DNA of 32,000 nucleotides, taken from Kineococcus radiotolerans SRS30216 = ATCC BAA-149. Its GTDB lineage: Bacteria; Actinomycetota; Actinomycetes; Actinomycetales; Kineococcaceae. Position numbers and translations under genes: made by a program. The notes beneath the pieces are model-generated. The model was given only the letters and a program-made list of their open reading frames with translations. It was not told the origin of the DNA and ran no database searches. Numbering within the stretch: the stretch's first letter is position 1; the number at the start of each line of letters is the position of its first letter. The stretch is taken from NCBI RefSeq assembly GCF_000017305.1, contig NC_009664.2, positions 4,410,001 to 4,442,000 on the forward strand, read 5' to 3'. This document shows positions 11,296-20,753 of the stretch, piece by piece.

Positions 11296-12063
11296 CTAGC
11301 GGGCAGCGCCGGCGTCGACGGGTCCGCCGGCGCTGCGGCGGGCCAGCACCACGGTCGCGGCGAAGTGCAGGGCGAAGCTGGTGGTGGAGGCGACTTGCAC
11401 CACCGCCAGGGCTGCCGGCTGGTCGGCGAGGTAGAAGACGACCCGTGCGGCCAGGGTCAGCCCCGCCAGGCTCAGACCCACCAGCGTGCTGGCGGTGTAC
11501 AGCCGCCGCAGCCGCCGGTGGGTGCGCCAGGTGCGCGGCCCACCGGAGAGCGGGTTGACGACGAACCCCATCAGGGGGCGCCGGGCGAGCAGGGAGGCGG
11601 TGTAGGCCAGGACGAACAGGATCGGCACCACCATCGCCGGCAGGAAGAAGTCCCGGGCCTGCCCGGTCACCGCTGCGACCCCGGCGCACACCGCGGCCAC
11701 CAGCAACCCCGCCGCTGCGGCCCCGGGAGACTCCCGCCGGACCAGCCGCACGACGCAGGCGGCCACCGCGGTGACCAGCAGGGCGATCAGGGCCGGCACG
11801 AGACCGGCGGCGGCATCGGCGACCACGAAGGCGATCGTGGGCGCTGCGGCCGAGGCCAGCCCGACCGGTCCACCGACGCGCTGGAGGGCCCCGTCCACCG
11901 TCGTGCGGGTCAGGGACTGCTCCACGGCCTCGTCCAGGCCCAGGATGCGTCGGGTGGTGGCGCTGGGGCTGGCGACCGGTTGCTGGGGCTCGGTCCGGTG
12001 GCCTGGGCCGGTGTGTTCGAGGAGCTCGGCTCCGGTGGCTCCGGTCACGGCTCGCTGGGTCAC
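11296..12063 (-). CDS. Multi-pass membrane protein, DUF3159-like
   Basis: High-GC3 ORF with several hydrophobic helices (APTIAFVVADAAAGLVPALIALLVTAVAACVV, LLVAAVCAGVAAV, FFLPAMVVPILFVLAYT, LVGLSLAGLTLAARVVFYL). The family assignment is from memory of DUF3159 architecture. Confidence 0.65.
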   Translation of the reverse strand: MTQRAVTGATGAELLEHTGPGHRTEPQQPVASPSATTRRILGLDEAVEQSLTRTTVDGALQRVGGPVGLASAAAPTIAFVVADAAAGLVPALIALLVTAVAACVVRLVRRESPGAAAAGLLVAAVCAGVAAVTGQARDFFLPAMVVPILFVLAYTASLLARRPLMGFVVNPLSGGPRTWRTHRRLRRLYTASTLVGLSLAGLTLAARVVFYLADQPAALAVVQVASTTSFALHFAATVVLARRSAGGPVDAGAAR

Positions 12064-12265
12064 GGGTCCTCCTGGGTCGGGGTGGTGAGACCAGCCTCAG
12101 CCAGGTCCGTGGTCGTATCCAGGGCCTGGCGATCCGCCCCACCGACCGGCGCCCGCTCGACGGTGGGGTGGCCCCGGCGGGGAGGGTCGGGAGAGGGGGA
12201 TCGTCAGGTCGTGGCTGACCTCGACCGCAGCAGGTAGGAAGGGGGGAGGACGGCGAGGGAGAACC

Positions 12266-13108
12266 ATGGACATCGACAGGACGGGACTGGCGCAGTTCCT
12301 GCGGCAACGGCGTGAGGCCCTGCAGCCTCAGGACGTCGGTCTACCCCGGGGGCAGCGGCGGCGCACCACCGGGCTGCGGCGCGAGGAGGTCGCCGCTCTG
12401 GCCCACATGTCCACGGACTACTACGCCCGGCTCGAGCGTGAACGCGGACCGCAACCCTCGGTGCAGATGATCGCCTCCATCGCCCAGGGGCTGCACCTGG
12501 GCCTGGACGAGCGCGACCACCTCTTCCGCTTGGCCGGGCACCAGCCGCCGGTGCGCGGCGCTCTCAGCGAGCACGTCAGTCCCGGTCTGCTGCGCATCCT
12601 GGACCGACTCGATGACACCCCCGCCGAGATCGTCACCGAGTTGGGGGTGACCTTGCGCCAGACGCCGATGGGCATCGCGTTGACCGGTGATGCCACGCGG
12701 TGGAGCGGCCCGGCTCGCAGCCTGGGCTACCGCTGGTTCACCGACCCCGCGGCCAGAGCGTGGTACCCGCCGGAGGACCACGCGTTCTTGTCCCGGTTGT
12801 ACGCCTCGCACCTGCGCGAGGTCGTCACCCGCCGCGGGCCCGGCTCCCGCGCGGCCGAGCTGGCCGAACTGGCCCTGGCGAACTCGGAGGAACTGCGCCG
12901 GTTGTGGGAGCTGCATGAGGTGGGCGTCCGCCCCCACGACGTCAAGCGCTTCGTGCACCCCTCGGTGGGCCAGATCCAGCTGCACTGCCAGACGTTGCTG
13001 GACCCGCAGCAGTCGCACCTCCTCCTGGTCTACACCGCGGTCCCCGGGACGCAGGACCAGGAGAAGCTGGAGCTGCTCTCCGTCCTCGGTTCACCGTCCT
13101 CGGCGTGA
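12266..13108 (+). CDS. MmyB-like HTH transcriptional regulator
   Basis: ATG preceded by GGGAGA. LAQFLRQRREALQPQDVGLPRGQRRRTTGLRREEVAALAHMSTDYYARLERERGPQPSVQMIASIAQGLHLGLDERDHLFRLAG. Confidence 0.85.
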   Translation: MDIDRTGLAQFLRQRREALQPQDVGLPRGQRRRTTGLRREEVAALAHMSTDYYARLERERGPQPSVQMIASIAQGLHLGLDERDHLFRLAGHQPPVRGALSEHVSPGLLRILDRLDDTPAEIVTELGVTLRQTPMGIALTGDATRWSGPARSLGYRWFTDPAARAWYPPEDHAFLSRLYASHLREVVTRRGPGSRAAELAELALANSEELRRLWELHEVGVRPHDVKRFVHPSVGQIQLHCQTLLDPQQSHLLLVYTAVPGTQDQEKLELLSVLGSPSSA

Positions 13109-13176
13109 GGCGACATCGAGCCGACCGGCGGACGAGAGGGCCGCGCAGAGTTCGCGCCGGTGTTCGTGGGGTCTGG

Positions 13177-13725
13177 TCAGCCCTGGGGCGTGCGCAGTCC
13201 GTCGAGCAGGACCGACAGCAACCGCGGACCCCGCTCGTCGAGCTCGGTGTCGTCCAGGCGTGAGAGCCAGCCGATCAGCACGATGACGTCCCGGGCTTCG
13301 ACGTCGGCGCGGATGCTGCCCTCCGCGCGGCCCGCGGCGAGCAGCAGCTCCACCGCTTCACCGATCGGCCCCAGGCTGTGGGCGGCGAGGTCGCGCCACG
13401 TCGCTGCCTCCACGGCGGCGAACACGTGGTTCTTCACCCGCGCGTAGGCGGCGACCCGCTCGAACCAGCCCGCCAGCGCCTCGACGGGGCTCCTGGTCGA
13501 CACGAGGTCCGATGCGGCCGCGACGAGCTCCTCGACGTCGTGGCGGTAGACCTCGACCAGGAGGTCCTCGCGGGTGGGGAAATGCCGGTACAGCGTCCCC
13601 TGCCCGATGCCGCAGGCCTTGGCGACGGCGTTGAGCTTCAACTCCCCGGGCTCGCGCAGCTGCTCGCGCGCCGCGTCCAGGATCAGTTCGCGGTTGCGTT
13701 GGGCGTCAGCGCGACGGGCACTCAC
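13177..13725 (-). CDS. TetR-family transcriptional regulator
   Basis: ARRADAQRNRELILDAAREQLREPGELKLNAVAKACGIGQGTLYRHFPTREDLL. The maximal ORF reaches GTG 13791. GTG 13725 (GAGGAAG upstream) is preferred because it leaves the two palindromic operators in the intergenic region. Confidence 0.85.
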   Translation of the reverse strand: MSARRADAQRNRELILDAAREQLREPGELKLNAVAKACGIGQGTLYRHFPTREDLLVEVYRHDVEELVAAASDLVSTRSPVEALAGWFERVAAYARVKNHVFAAVEAATWRDLAAHSLGPIGEAVELLLAAGRAEGSIRADVEARDVIVLIGWLSRLDDTELDERGPRLLSVLLDGLRTPQG

Positions 13726-13752
13726 GGTAGGAACAACTTCCTCGACGGAAAC

Positions 13753-13797
13753 GGACACCTGTCCGCTATGGTCGTCGACGTATCCGGACACGTGTCC
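13753..13797. promoter_or_regulatory. Pair of palindromic operator-like sites between divergent TetR and SDR genes
   Basis: GGACACCTGTCC (13753-13764) and GGACACGTGTCC (13786-13797), 33 bp apart centre to centre. Confidence 0.6.
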
Positions 13798-13828
13798 ACT
13801 CTAGCGCCACGCCTCCTGGAGGAGCTCT

Positions 13829-14569
13829 GTGACCATCCACGACAAGATCATCGCCATCACCGGTGCCAGCAGCGGCATCGGTGAGGCCACCGCCCGCCAC
13901 CTCGCCTCCCGCGGTGCCGCCGTCGTCCTCGGTGCCCGTCGCACCGACCGCCTGGAGCAGCTGGTCGAGGAGATCACCGCCGCCGGCGGTCGGGCCGCGG
14001 CCGTGCGCGTGGACGTCACCGACCCCGACGACCTCCACTCGCTCGTGGACCGGGCGGTGGAGGGGTTCGGCCGCCTCGACGTCCTGGTCGGCAACGCCGG
14101 GGTCAGCAGGATCAGCCCGATGACCGACGTCGACGTCGAGGGCTGGTCGGCCATGGTCGACGTCAACGTCAAGGGCGTCCTGAACGGCATCGCCGCTGCC
14201 CTGCCGGTGTTCCGCGCTCAGGGCAGTGGCCACCTCGTCACCGTGGTCTCCACCTCCGGTCTGAAGATCGTCCCCACCCAGGCCGTGTACGCGGGGACCA
14301 AGAACGCAGTTCGCACGATCGTGGAGGGTCTGCGGCAGGAGAGCACCGACGGGGTCTTGCGCACGACGTCGATCTCCCCGGGTTACGTCCGCACCGAATT
14401 CATCGACTCCGCTCTCGACGACCCGCGACTGCGTGAGCAGGTGAAGCAGACCATGGCCGAGCTCGGCATCGACCCCACGGCCGTGGCGAGAGCGATCGCC
14501 TTCGCGATCGACCAGCCCGACGACGTCGAGATCGGGGACCTCACCATCCGACCGACGCGCCAAGGCTGA
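13829..14569 (+). CDS. SDR-family oxidoreductase
   Basis: GTG preceded by GGAGGAG. KIIAITGASSGIGEATARHLASRGAAVVLGARR..., LVGNAGV, YAGTKNAVRTIVEGLRQE. Confidence 0.9.
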   Translation: MTIHDKIIAITGASSGIGEATARHLASRGAAVVLGARRTDRLEQLVEEITAAGGRAAAVRVDVTDPDDLHSLVDRAVEGFGRLDVLVGNAGVSRISPMTDVDVEGWSAMVDVNVKGVLNGIAAALPVFRAQGSGHLVTVVSTSGLKIVPTQAVYAGTKNAVRTIVEGLRQESTDGVLRTTSISPGYVRTEFIDSALDDPRLREQVKQTMAELGIDPTAVARAIAFAIDQPDDVEIGDLTIRPTRQG

Positions 14570-14641
14570 CCGCGCGGTTCACCGACTGGACGGACATCGG
14601 CATGACCACGGTGCCGCCGGCCCCCAGGGACCGCCCGTATC

Positions 14642-14660
14642 GCGGGATGTCCGTGCGTTC
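14642..14660 (+). repeat. Boundary repeat core, copy 3
   Basis: GCGGGATGTCCGTGCGTTC, with the related box ATGACCACGGTGCCGCCGG at 14602-14620. Confidence 0.8.
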
Positions 14661-14872
14661 CAACTGCACGCACCACGATGGCGGCCGGTCAGCCCACGTG
14701 GAACTGCCGGTCTCGGCTGCGAACACCGCTGGGACCGGAGTGCCCGCCGGCGCGGTCTCTTCGTGATGCGGCCGCGGGTCCGGTTGCTGTGGGTCCAGTC
14801 GCCAATCTCAGACGGTTGCAGCAGCCCTGACGTGAGTCGGGGACAATTCGGTCGTCCCGTGATCCTGTTCGC

Positions 14873-15499
14873 TCAGGACGGCAGGGGTTCGCGGTGGCGG
14901 CTGCTGAGCCCGTCGAGGGAGATCGTCATCAGCCGCCGCCAGCGGCGCTCGTCGCCGACGGTCTGCACCGTGGTGCACAGCGATCCGCTGAGGGAGAGCA
15001 GGTCCTCGGTGCTCACCCCGGGGCGGAGGACTCCCGCCTGCTCACACCGCTGGCGCAGTGCGTCGATGAACACCCGGCACTTGTGCACGCAGGACTCCGT
15101 CGGGCCGCCGGTCTGGACGTAGCTGTCCATCAGTGCGCGGTTGTGGGCCTGGGTGGTCAACACCTGCTCGAAGAACCCCGACAGCGCCTGCCAGGGGTCC
15201 TCCGTCGCTGCGGCGCGTTCGTGGGCCTGGGTGAGCCAGGCGGTGAACTCCTGCTCCAGGCTCAGGCGGAGCAGGTCCTCCTTGGAAGGGAAGTGGCGGT
15301 AGAGGGTGCCCATGCCCACCCCGCTGCGCCGGGCGATCTCGCGCACGTCCACGTCCGCGCCGTGCTCGGCGAAGACGGCGGTGGCGGCCGTGATGATCGC
15401 GGCCCGGTTGCGTTCGGCGTCGGCTCGTCGCCCACGCGGGGCAGCCGGTGCGCCTGCAGCTGGCGCCGTCGTCGGTGCGGCGGCGCGGGGTTCTCTCAC
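14873..15499 (-). CDS. TetR-family transcriptional regulator
   Basis: RRADAERNRAAIITAATAVFAEHGADVDVREIARRSGVGMGTLYRHFPSKEDLL. Confidence 0.9.
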   Translation of the reverse strand: MREPRAAAPTTAPAAGAPAAPRGRRADAERNRAAIITAATAVFAEHGADVDVREIARRSGVGMGTLYRHFPSKEDLLRLSLEQEFTAWLTQAHERAAATEDPWQALSGFFEQVLTTQAHNRALMDSYVQTGGPTESCVHKCRVFIDALRQRCEQAGVLRPGVSTEDLLSLSGSLCTTVQTVGDERRWRRLMTISLDGLSSRHREPLPS

Positions 15500-15530
15500 T
15501 CCCTCAGGATACGCCCGAGTCGGGAGATGC

Positions 15531-15577
15531 GGAGCAGCTGCTCCGGTCGTGCTACGTTCAAGAGGAGCGCCTGCTCC
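15531..15577. promoter_or_regulatory. Pair of palindromic operator-like sites between divergent TetR and reductase genes
   Basis: Perfect 14-bp palindrome GGAGCAGCTGCTCC (15531-15544) and related GGAGCGCCTGCTCC (15564-15577), 33 bp apart. Confidence 0.6.
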
Positions 15578-15628
15578 GCTTGTCCCGTCTTCGGGGACGG
15601 CGCACCTGCAGATCAGACGGAGAGCACC

Positions 15629-16396
15629 ATGACCACCCTGGGCATCATCGGTAGCGGCAGCATCGGCACCGCCATCGCACGACTCGCCATCGCAGCCGGA
15701 CTGGACGTGGTCCTGTCGAACTCACGGACCCCGGACACCCTGACGGAAACGGTGGCTGCCCTCGGCGCAGCCGCACGCGCGGCCACACCGGAAGAAGCGG
15801 CCCGAGCCGGGGACCAGGTCGTGGTCGCCGTCCCCCTGACCGCCTACCGCTCCCTGCCCGTCGCCACCCTGCAGGGCAAGGTGGTCCTGGACACCATCAA
15901 CTACTACGCCACCCGTGACGGGCACATCGAGGACCTGGACTCCGGACGGATCACGACGTCCGAGCTCGTCCAGGCCCACCTGCTCGGAGCCCGCACGGTC
16001 AAGGCCTTCAACAACATCGCCGCCTTCCACATCCCCGCCCTGGCCCGCCCGGCCGGGGCAGCCGACCGGTCGGCGTTGCCGATCGCCGGGGACGACGCCA
16101 TGGCTAGGGCGGAGGCAGCGGATCTCATCGGTCGTCTCGGGTTCGACACCGTCGATGCCGGTCCGCTCTCGCAGAGCTGGCGCTTCGAACCCGAGACCGC
16201 CGCCTACGCGCCGGCGTACGCCGCTGACCCCGCGGCGGTGCTGCGGGGCTGGCAGCAGATGGTGGACGACTTGCGCGCGGGCCGGGCTCCGCGGCTGCCC
16301 GCCCCCGACGCCGGCTCCCCCTTGTCCGCTGCGCGACTGGGGAAGCTGCTGGCCGGTGCCGAGCGCAAGCTGACCGCTGACCGGATCGTGGCCTGA
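15629..16396 (+). CDS. NADP oxidoreductase, coenzyme F420-dependent-like (NAD(P)-binding Rossmann protein)
   Basis: ATG 15629 preceded by GGAGA. MTTLGIIGSGSIGTAIARLAIAAGLDVVLSNSR..., VKAFNNI..., LPIAGDD..A...A..LIGRLGFDTVDAGPL. The track ORF 14894..16396 has an antisense-of-TetR artefact as its N-terminus. Confidence 0.8.
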   Translation: MTTLGIIGSGSIGTAIARLAIAAGLDVVLSNSRTPDTLTETVAALGAAARAATPEEAARAGDQVVVAVPLTAYRSLPVATLQGKVVLDTINYYATRDGHIEDLDSGRITTSELVQAHLLGARTVKAFNNIAAFHIPALARPAGAADRSALPIAGDDAMARAEAADLIGRLGFDTVDAGPLSQSWRFEPETAAYAPAYAADPAAVLRGWQQMVDDLRAGRAPRLPAPDAGSPLSAARLGKLLAGAERKLTADRIVA

Positions 16397-16551
16397 GCCC
16401 CTTCCAGCGCCACAGACGCGGGCCGGCGGGTCCGAGGAGGCACTACCAGTGGCGCGGGAGCCGGTCGAGCTGTTGTCCAGCACGATGCGCCCGCAGCGCG
16501 CTCATCGGCAAGACCGCGACGTCGCCGGCTGTCCACGACCGCGCACCGAGC

Positions 16552-16570
16552 GCGGGATGACCGTGCGTTC
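16552..16570 (+). repeat. Boundary repeat core, copy 4
   Basis: GCGGGATGACCGTGCGTTC, with the box AAGACCGCGACGTCGCCGG at 16510-16528. Confidence 0.9.
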
Positions 16571-16637
16571 CGGCTGTGTGGTGCCAGGGCGGAGGCGGTG
16601 AACGGCCCCCTGGTGGGCCTGAACCCGACATGATCGG

Positions 16638-17093
16638 TTGATGACCCACCCCGTGACGCGCCCACGGCCGCTGCGGCCCCACCGGCCGGCGCGAGCGGTT
16701 GTCATCGTCTGCGTCCTCGTGGCCCTGGTACTCGGGGGTCTCCACGCCTACCGCGCAGCGCGACCGTGCGGGGTGGGCGTCGGGGACCCGGAGGATGCGG
16801 TGTTCGGGGTGCTGCGGGCCATTGAGGGCGAGGACGAGCGCGGTCTGTGTCAGCGCGTAGGCGCGGGCTACACCATTTCCACCGTCCAGGATCAGACCTT
16901 GCGTCAGCGGATCGAGGCAGCCGGTGGAGCCGGCGCCCTCAGGGTCGAGGACCAGGAGGAGCAGCAGTTGGGAGCTCAGCACCTGCTGTCGGTGAGCACG
17001 CAGGACGGTGAGGTCGTCGCTCAGTTCCAGACCCTCATCGGTGAGCGTGGGGCGATCGTCGTGGCTGTGACCACGTCGCCTGGGCAGTGGTGA
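16638..17093 (+). CDS. Cassette ORF: hypothetical protein with an N-terminal transmembrane anchor
   Basis: High-GC3 + frame. AVVIVCVLVALVLGGLHAY helix, then a soluble domain. The overlapping minus ORF 16443..17162 looks like its antisense shadow. Confidence 0.55.
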   Translation: MMTHPVTRPRPLRPHRPARAVVIVCVLVALVLGGLHAYRAARPCGVGVGDPEDAVFGVLRAIEGEDERGLCQRVGAGYTISTVQDQTLRQRIEAAGGAGALRVEDQEEQQLGAQHLLSVSTQDGEVVAQFQTLIGERGAIVVAVTTSPGQW

Positions 17094-17113
17094 CGTCATC
17101 AACGTGCCGGGTA

Positions 17114-17132
17114 GTGGGATGACCGTGAAGTC
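17114..17132 (+). repeat. Boundary repeat core, copy 5
   Basis: GTGGGATGACCGTGAAGTC. Confidence 0.9.
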
Positions 17133-17165
17133 GCAGGCTGGTCCCGCGCCGTCGCAGCACACCAG

Positions 17166-17546
17166 CTAATCCCGGATCGTGTCGGTGGCTTGCGACCACC
17201 TGCAGCGCCAGGTGCCCTCATCCTCGCGCACGTACACGTCGAGGTGCCAGCACTCCAGATGGCCGCCACCACCTGACATTGCGATGTCGATGACGGACAG
17301 GTACCTGACGACAGCGACGGACTCCGATGCTTCGACCTGGATCTCGGACTGCGGTTCGAAGCGTGCGTAGTCGATGCTCCCGTCGTACAGGCCGCTGAGG
17401 TAGGTCTGTCGGTCCCAGAGGTCGCCGCTGGGGGTGCAGAGCACGAAGTCGGCGTGGTGCAGGTCTTCGAGGACGTGGCGGTCGACGTCGACGATTGCTC
17501 GAAGTCGGGTCCGTTCCAACTCGACGATGTTCACGGCTCGACCCAA
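17166..17546 (-). CDS. Cassette ORF: NTF2-like / DUF4440 (SnoaL-like) small protein
   Basis: LERTRLRAIVDVDRHVLEDLHHADFVLCTPSGDLWDRQTYLSGL...VAVVRYLSVIDI...WHLDVYVREDEGTWRCRWSQAT matches the DUF4440/NTF2-like pattern. The start is TTG 17546 or GTG 17534. Confidence 0.7.
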   Translation of the reverse strand: MGRAVNIVELERTRLRAIVDVDRHVLEDLHHADFVLCTPSGDLWDRQTYLSGLYDGSIDYARFEPQSEIQVEASESVAVVRYLSVIDIAMSGGGGHLECWHLDVYVREDEGTWRCRWSQATDTIRD

Positions 17547-17632
17547 GAGCGGCCCGCTGCGGGCGGACTCTCAGCCGTGGGACGTCCGTAGGGACGTGCA
17601 GACGCACTGACCCAAGGATGATCGCGCGGACT

Positions 17633-17651
17633 GCGGGATGACCGGAAGGTC
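17633..17651 (+). repeat. Boundary repeat core, copy 6
   Basis: GCGGGATGACCGGAAGGTC, immediately preceded by the partial duplicate GGATGATCGCGCGGAC. Confidence 0.85.
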
Positions 17652-17732
17652 GCCAGCTTGCTGCGGGCGCCCCCCCCGTGGGCACCACGGGGTGCCGCAT
17701 CGACCGTCGGGTGCGATCCGTAGGGTCGCGGG

Positions 17733-18248
17733 GTGGCGCACCTGATCAACCCCCGAGCCAGTGTCGCGGTCTCGCTGCGAGCCGTCGCCGCAGAGCCGGG
17801 CTGGGACGAGCACTCCGTCTACGTCGGCGCCGCCGACCGCGACGATGCGGCCTTCGCCGCGTGGGTGGATGAGCTCATCGACGACGCCCGGGCCGGCTCA
17901 CCCCGCCCGGACGGCTTCGTCCCCTCCACGAACCTGTGGTGGGTGGAGGGTGAGCAGTACCTGGGGCGGGTGCAGATCCGGCACCGCCTGACCCCGTTCC
18001 TGCGCGAGTTCGGCGGTCACATCGGCTACTACGTCGTGCCCAGGGAGCGGCGGCGTGGGCACGCGACCGCCATCCTCGCTGCCGCCCTGCCGGTGGCGGC
18101 GGCGCTGGGCATCGAGTGCGCGCTGGTGACCTGCGATGTGGGCAACACCGCCTCGCGCAGGACGATCGAGGCCAACGGGGGCCTGTTCCAGGATCAGCGT
18201 GGACCGAAGCTGCGCTACTGGGTACCTACCGGCCCCACCCTCACGTAG
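17733..18248 (+). CDS. Cassette ORF: GNAT-family acetyltransferase
   Basis: LWWVEGEQYLGRVQIRHRLTPFLREFGGHIGYYVVPRERRRGHATAILAAALPVAAALGIECALVTCDVGNTASRRTIEANGG, a GNAT core with R-x-x-G-x-A. GTG start. Confidence 0.8.
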   Translation: MAHLINPRASVAVSLRAVAAEPGWDEHSVYVGAADRDDAAFAAWVDELIDDARAGSPRPDGFVPSTNLWWVEGEQYLGRVQIRHRLTPFLREFGGHIGYYVVPRERRRGHATAILAAALPVAAALGIECALVTCDVGNTASRRTIEANGGLFQDQRGPKLRYWVPTGPTLT

Positions 18249-18324
18249 CCGTACTCGCGCACGGCTCCGAGGACCACCGAGAGCCTCTGCCAAGGCCCTC
18301 TGGTTCGTGGGAGGAGCGCGCACC

Positions 18325-18343
18325 GCGGGATGACCGTGAAGTC
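18325..18343 (+). repeat. Boundary repeat core, copy 7
   Basis: GCGGGATGACCGTGAAGTC preceded by GCGCGCACC; it abuts the stop codon at 18346-18348. Confidence 0.9.
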
Positions 18344-18345
18344 AG

Positions 18346-18855
18346 TCAGCTCGGAGAGTCCTTCGGTTGAAGCTGGTCCAGTCGGGCTTGAGCGAGCTGG
18401 CGGATGCGGCGGGTGCGCCCGGAGTCGGCGAGGGCTCGTAGGTGCGGCGGTGAGTCGCTGTGGTGGGAGAGCTGGCGCTGGGTCCAGTCGTCGAGCTCGG
18501 CCAGGGACAGGGGCGTCTGCGGGTTCTCCTGCAGGTGTTTGAGGGTCAGCCACTGCTGGGCGCGGTGGTGGCAGTAGCTGTCGGCGGGGAAGAGGTCCTC
18601 GTGCTGTCGCAGCCACGCGGTGAAGGACGCGGCGCTGGATCGCTGCGCGGCGACACGGTCGAGGTGGTCGACAGCGGCGGCGTCACCGGCGAGCTGGTCG
18701 GGATCGTTGAGCGCGGCGGTGAGAGCGGCGTGGTCGTGGTCGATGTCGGCGCTGCGCAGTTCTTGCAGGTGGTGTTGGTGGGTGGCCACGTCGGGTGGCA
18801 CGTCCTCGTCCGTCACTCTTTTCAGCGTGCCTGATGGGCACGAGGGCCTCGACAT
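18346..18855 (-). CDS. Cassette ORF: hypothetical protein
   Basis: 169-codon high-GC3 ORF with no family recognised. An alternative start GTG 18816 is preceded by GAAAAGAG. Confidence 0.6.
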   Translation of the reverse strand: MSRPSCPSGTLKRVTDEDVPPDVATHQHHLQELRSADIDHDHAALTAALNDPDQLAGDAAAVDHLDRVAAQRSSAASFTAWLRQHEDLFPADSYCHHRAQQWLTLKHLQENPQTPLSLAELDDWTQRQLSHHSDSPPHLRALADSGRTRRIRQLAQARLDQLQPKDSPS

Positions 18856-18888
18856 CGCGTGCTCAAGGCGCCCGCAACGTGCTGGCCA

Positions 18889-18907
18889 GCGGGATGACCG
18901 CGAGGTC
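18889..18907 (+). repeat. Boundary repeat core, copy 8
   Basis: GCGGGATGACCGCGAGGTC. Confidence 0.9.
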
Positions 18908-18980
18908 GGCGTCCTGGGCGCCCACCCTTCCCGCTGCGGCAGGGGTAGTCGTTGACGGTCTCCGTGGCTAGCGTGCAGGG

Positions 18981-19361
18981 GTGCGAGGTGAGCGTCTCGG
19001 CATCGTCAGCTTGCGGCTCGACGCGTTCTACTGCGTCCTGGTGGGGCTTCTCGTCGCCGCCTCGGCGGCGGTGAGCGCGCCGCACGTGGGGTTGGCGGCC
19101 CCGGTGGTCGCAACGCTCGGGGTCGTGGTGGTGGCCTGGGGTGTTCTGGTCTGGGTGCTTACCTCCAGGTTGCCGTTGGTTCGTGCGCTGCAGTTGGTGG
19201 CCGCGGCGAACGTGGTGGTTGCGCTGGGGTTGACCGTCGTGTCGACGTGACTGGTGGGTGTCGTCGTGGTCCTGACCGTCGTGGTGGTCGCGGTCGACGT
19301 CGCTGCCTTCGCCGCGACGCAGGGAGTTGCCCGGCGGCGTTTGCTGCAGTCGAGCTGCTGA
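18981..19361 (+). pseudogene. Cassette ORF: small 4-helix membrane protein with an in-frame TGA (19248-19250)
   Basis: GTG 18981. FYCVLVGLLVAASAAV, VVATLGVVVVAWGVLVWVL, LQLVAAANVVVALGLTVVST, then TGA. The same frame continues with high GC3 as LVGVVVVLTVVVVAVDVAAFAATQG...* to 19361. Confidence 0.5.
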
Positions 19362-19413
19362 GCCGTGTGCCACCGATCGTGGCTGCTGGGCCTGGCCGTG
19401 TCGTGTCCGGAGT

Positions 19414-19432
19414 GCGGGATGACCGTGAGGTC
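19414..19432 (+). repeat. Boundary repeat core, copy 9
   Basis: GCGGGATGACCGTGAGGTC. Confidence 0.9.
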
Positions 19433-19444
19433 AGCGGACCGTGA

Positions 19445-19828
19445 TCACCTGCAGAAGCGGATCGGCGTCGGGCCGGGGTCACGGCGGAGAGCTTGCTCCC
19501 AGGCGGCGTCGTCGACATCGATGTGATCGCCGAGGGAGGCGATGAAGATGACCTCGGCCACCGCCGGCTGATGCTCGACCCAGTCGCGGACTCGGCGGTA
19601 GGACCCTTCGGCGCTGCTCATGCGGTTGCCGTCGTCCTGCCAGCTACCGCTCCAGACGTCGTCGTCGTGGGGTGGCATGACCCGTACGGTCCCGTGCCCA
19701 GGACGCGGCGGCGGGTAGATCGTGGGCTGAAGGCCCGTTTCCAGCAGTCGGGTGCGTTCCTCGGCGGTCTGAGCGCGCAGCTCCGGTGGCAGGTAGTCCT
19801 GGTAGAGCGGACCGCTGAACTCGGGCAT
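19445..19828 (-). CDS. Cassette ORF: hypothetical protein
   Basis: 127-codon ATG-initiated high-GC3 ORF (MPEFSGPLYQDYLPPELRAQ...); no family recognised. Confidence 0.65.
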   Translation of the reverse strand: MPEFSGPLYQDYLPPELRAQTAEERTRLLETGLQPTIYPPPRPGHGTVRVMPPHDDDVWSGSWQDDGNRMSSAEGSYRRVRDWVEHQPAVAEVIFIASLGDHIDVDDAAWEQALRRDPGPTPIRFCR

Positions 19829-19912
19829 GTGATCAGGATGATCGCCGAGGGCAGAGACTGCCAGTGCCTGCTCGTGTCGAGGCGATCCCAGCGGCGGCAG
19901 AGCGCGCGGACG

Positions 19913-19931
19913 GCGGGATGACCGTGCGATC
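19913..19931 (+). repeat. Boundary repeat core, copy 10
   Basis: GCGGGATGACCGTGCGATC preceded by GCGCGCGGAC. Confidence 0.9.
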
Positions 19932-19986
19932 GGCTACGGCGTGCGGCAGCCCCTAGGACTGAGGCACTCGGGCAGTGGGGTGGGTG

Positions 19987-20652
19987 TCACCACCACCGGG
20001 CGCCGTGGACGACGCGGTGCGGTGAGCGGCCCGTCCGGGCGTCCTCGAGGAGCTGCTCGACGTGACCGAGACCGTCGCTGTCGTCGGCGGCGTTGGCCTG
20101 CCAGCCGCGACTGTCACCGAAGGCGGTGAGGCGGGGGGTGTTGACGTGGACGAAGTCGCCCGTGACGACGCCGAGGAGGTGCTCGTCGAGCTCGGTCAGG
20201 AGGTGTTCAGAACCGTCGTCGCAGGCATCGCACCCGCAGGCGGGCACAGTGGCCAGGGGGACGGCGGGCTGACCGGCGCTGATGGTGACGAGGTTGTCGT
20301 CGGGGCCGTCGAAGCCGCGGAAGCTCAGCACGAGGGGGACAGCGTTCTGCTGGTGCGGACGCAGTCGGTGGGCGCGGACGGGGGCGATGCCTGAAGGAGA
20401 GCCGTCGCGCCACGTGTCGTGCTCGCGGGTGAGGTCGATGGGCTCGAGAGTGGCCAGTCCTGCCTCGGTGAGGACTCGCGTCCAGGCGTTGGCCCGGGCG
20501 GTGAGGATGCGGTACTTGGCGGGGTCGAGGCAGCGGGAGTACTCCTGCGGGTCGGGCTCGTGGTCGGGGTGGGGGTCGGGCCAGGCCGCCGTGGACGCCG
20601 GGTCCTGCTCGAAGGCGGCGTCGACGGCTGCGCGCAGAGTGTCCTGATCCAC
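19987..20652 (-). CDS. Cassette ORF: hypothetical protein with a CGCDACDDG motif (possibly DUF6226-like)
   Basis: 221-codon very high-GC3 ORF. The conserved-looking VPACGCDACDDGSEHLLTELDEHLLGVVTGDFVHV suggests the family, but that assignment is from memory and tentative. Confidence 0.65.
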   Translation of the reverse strand: MDQDTLRAAVDAAFEQDPASTAAWPDPHPDHEPDPQEYSRCLDPAKYRILTARANAWTRVLTEAGLATLEPIDLTREHDTWRDGSPSGIAPVRAHRLRPHQQNAVPLVLSFRGFDGPDDNLVTISAGQPAVPLATVPACGCDACDDGSEHLLTELDEHLLGVVTGDFVHVNTPRLTAFGDSRGWQANAADDSDGLGHVEQLLEDARTGRSPHRVVHGARWW

Positions 20653-20734
20653 GGCGGGAGCCTAGGACGGATGCTGCGCCGCGGGCCGTTGGTGGTGCCC
20701 ATGCACGGTGCGGGGAGCATCTGGTCCTCGGCAT

Positions 20735-20753
20735 GCGCGGACGATCACCCCGG
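20735..20753 (+). repeat. Possible decayed boundary repeat, copy 11
   Basis: GCGCGGACGATCACCCCGG resembles the copy-10 flank plus core with an internal deletion. Confidence 0.3.
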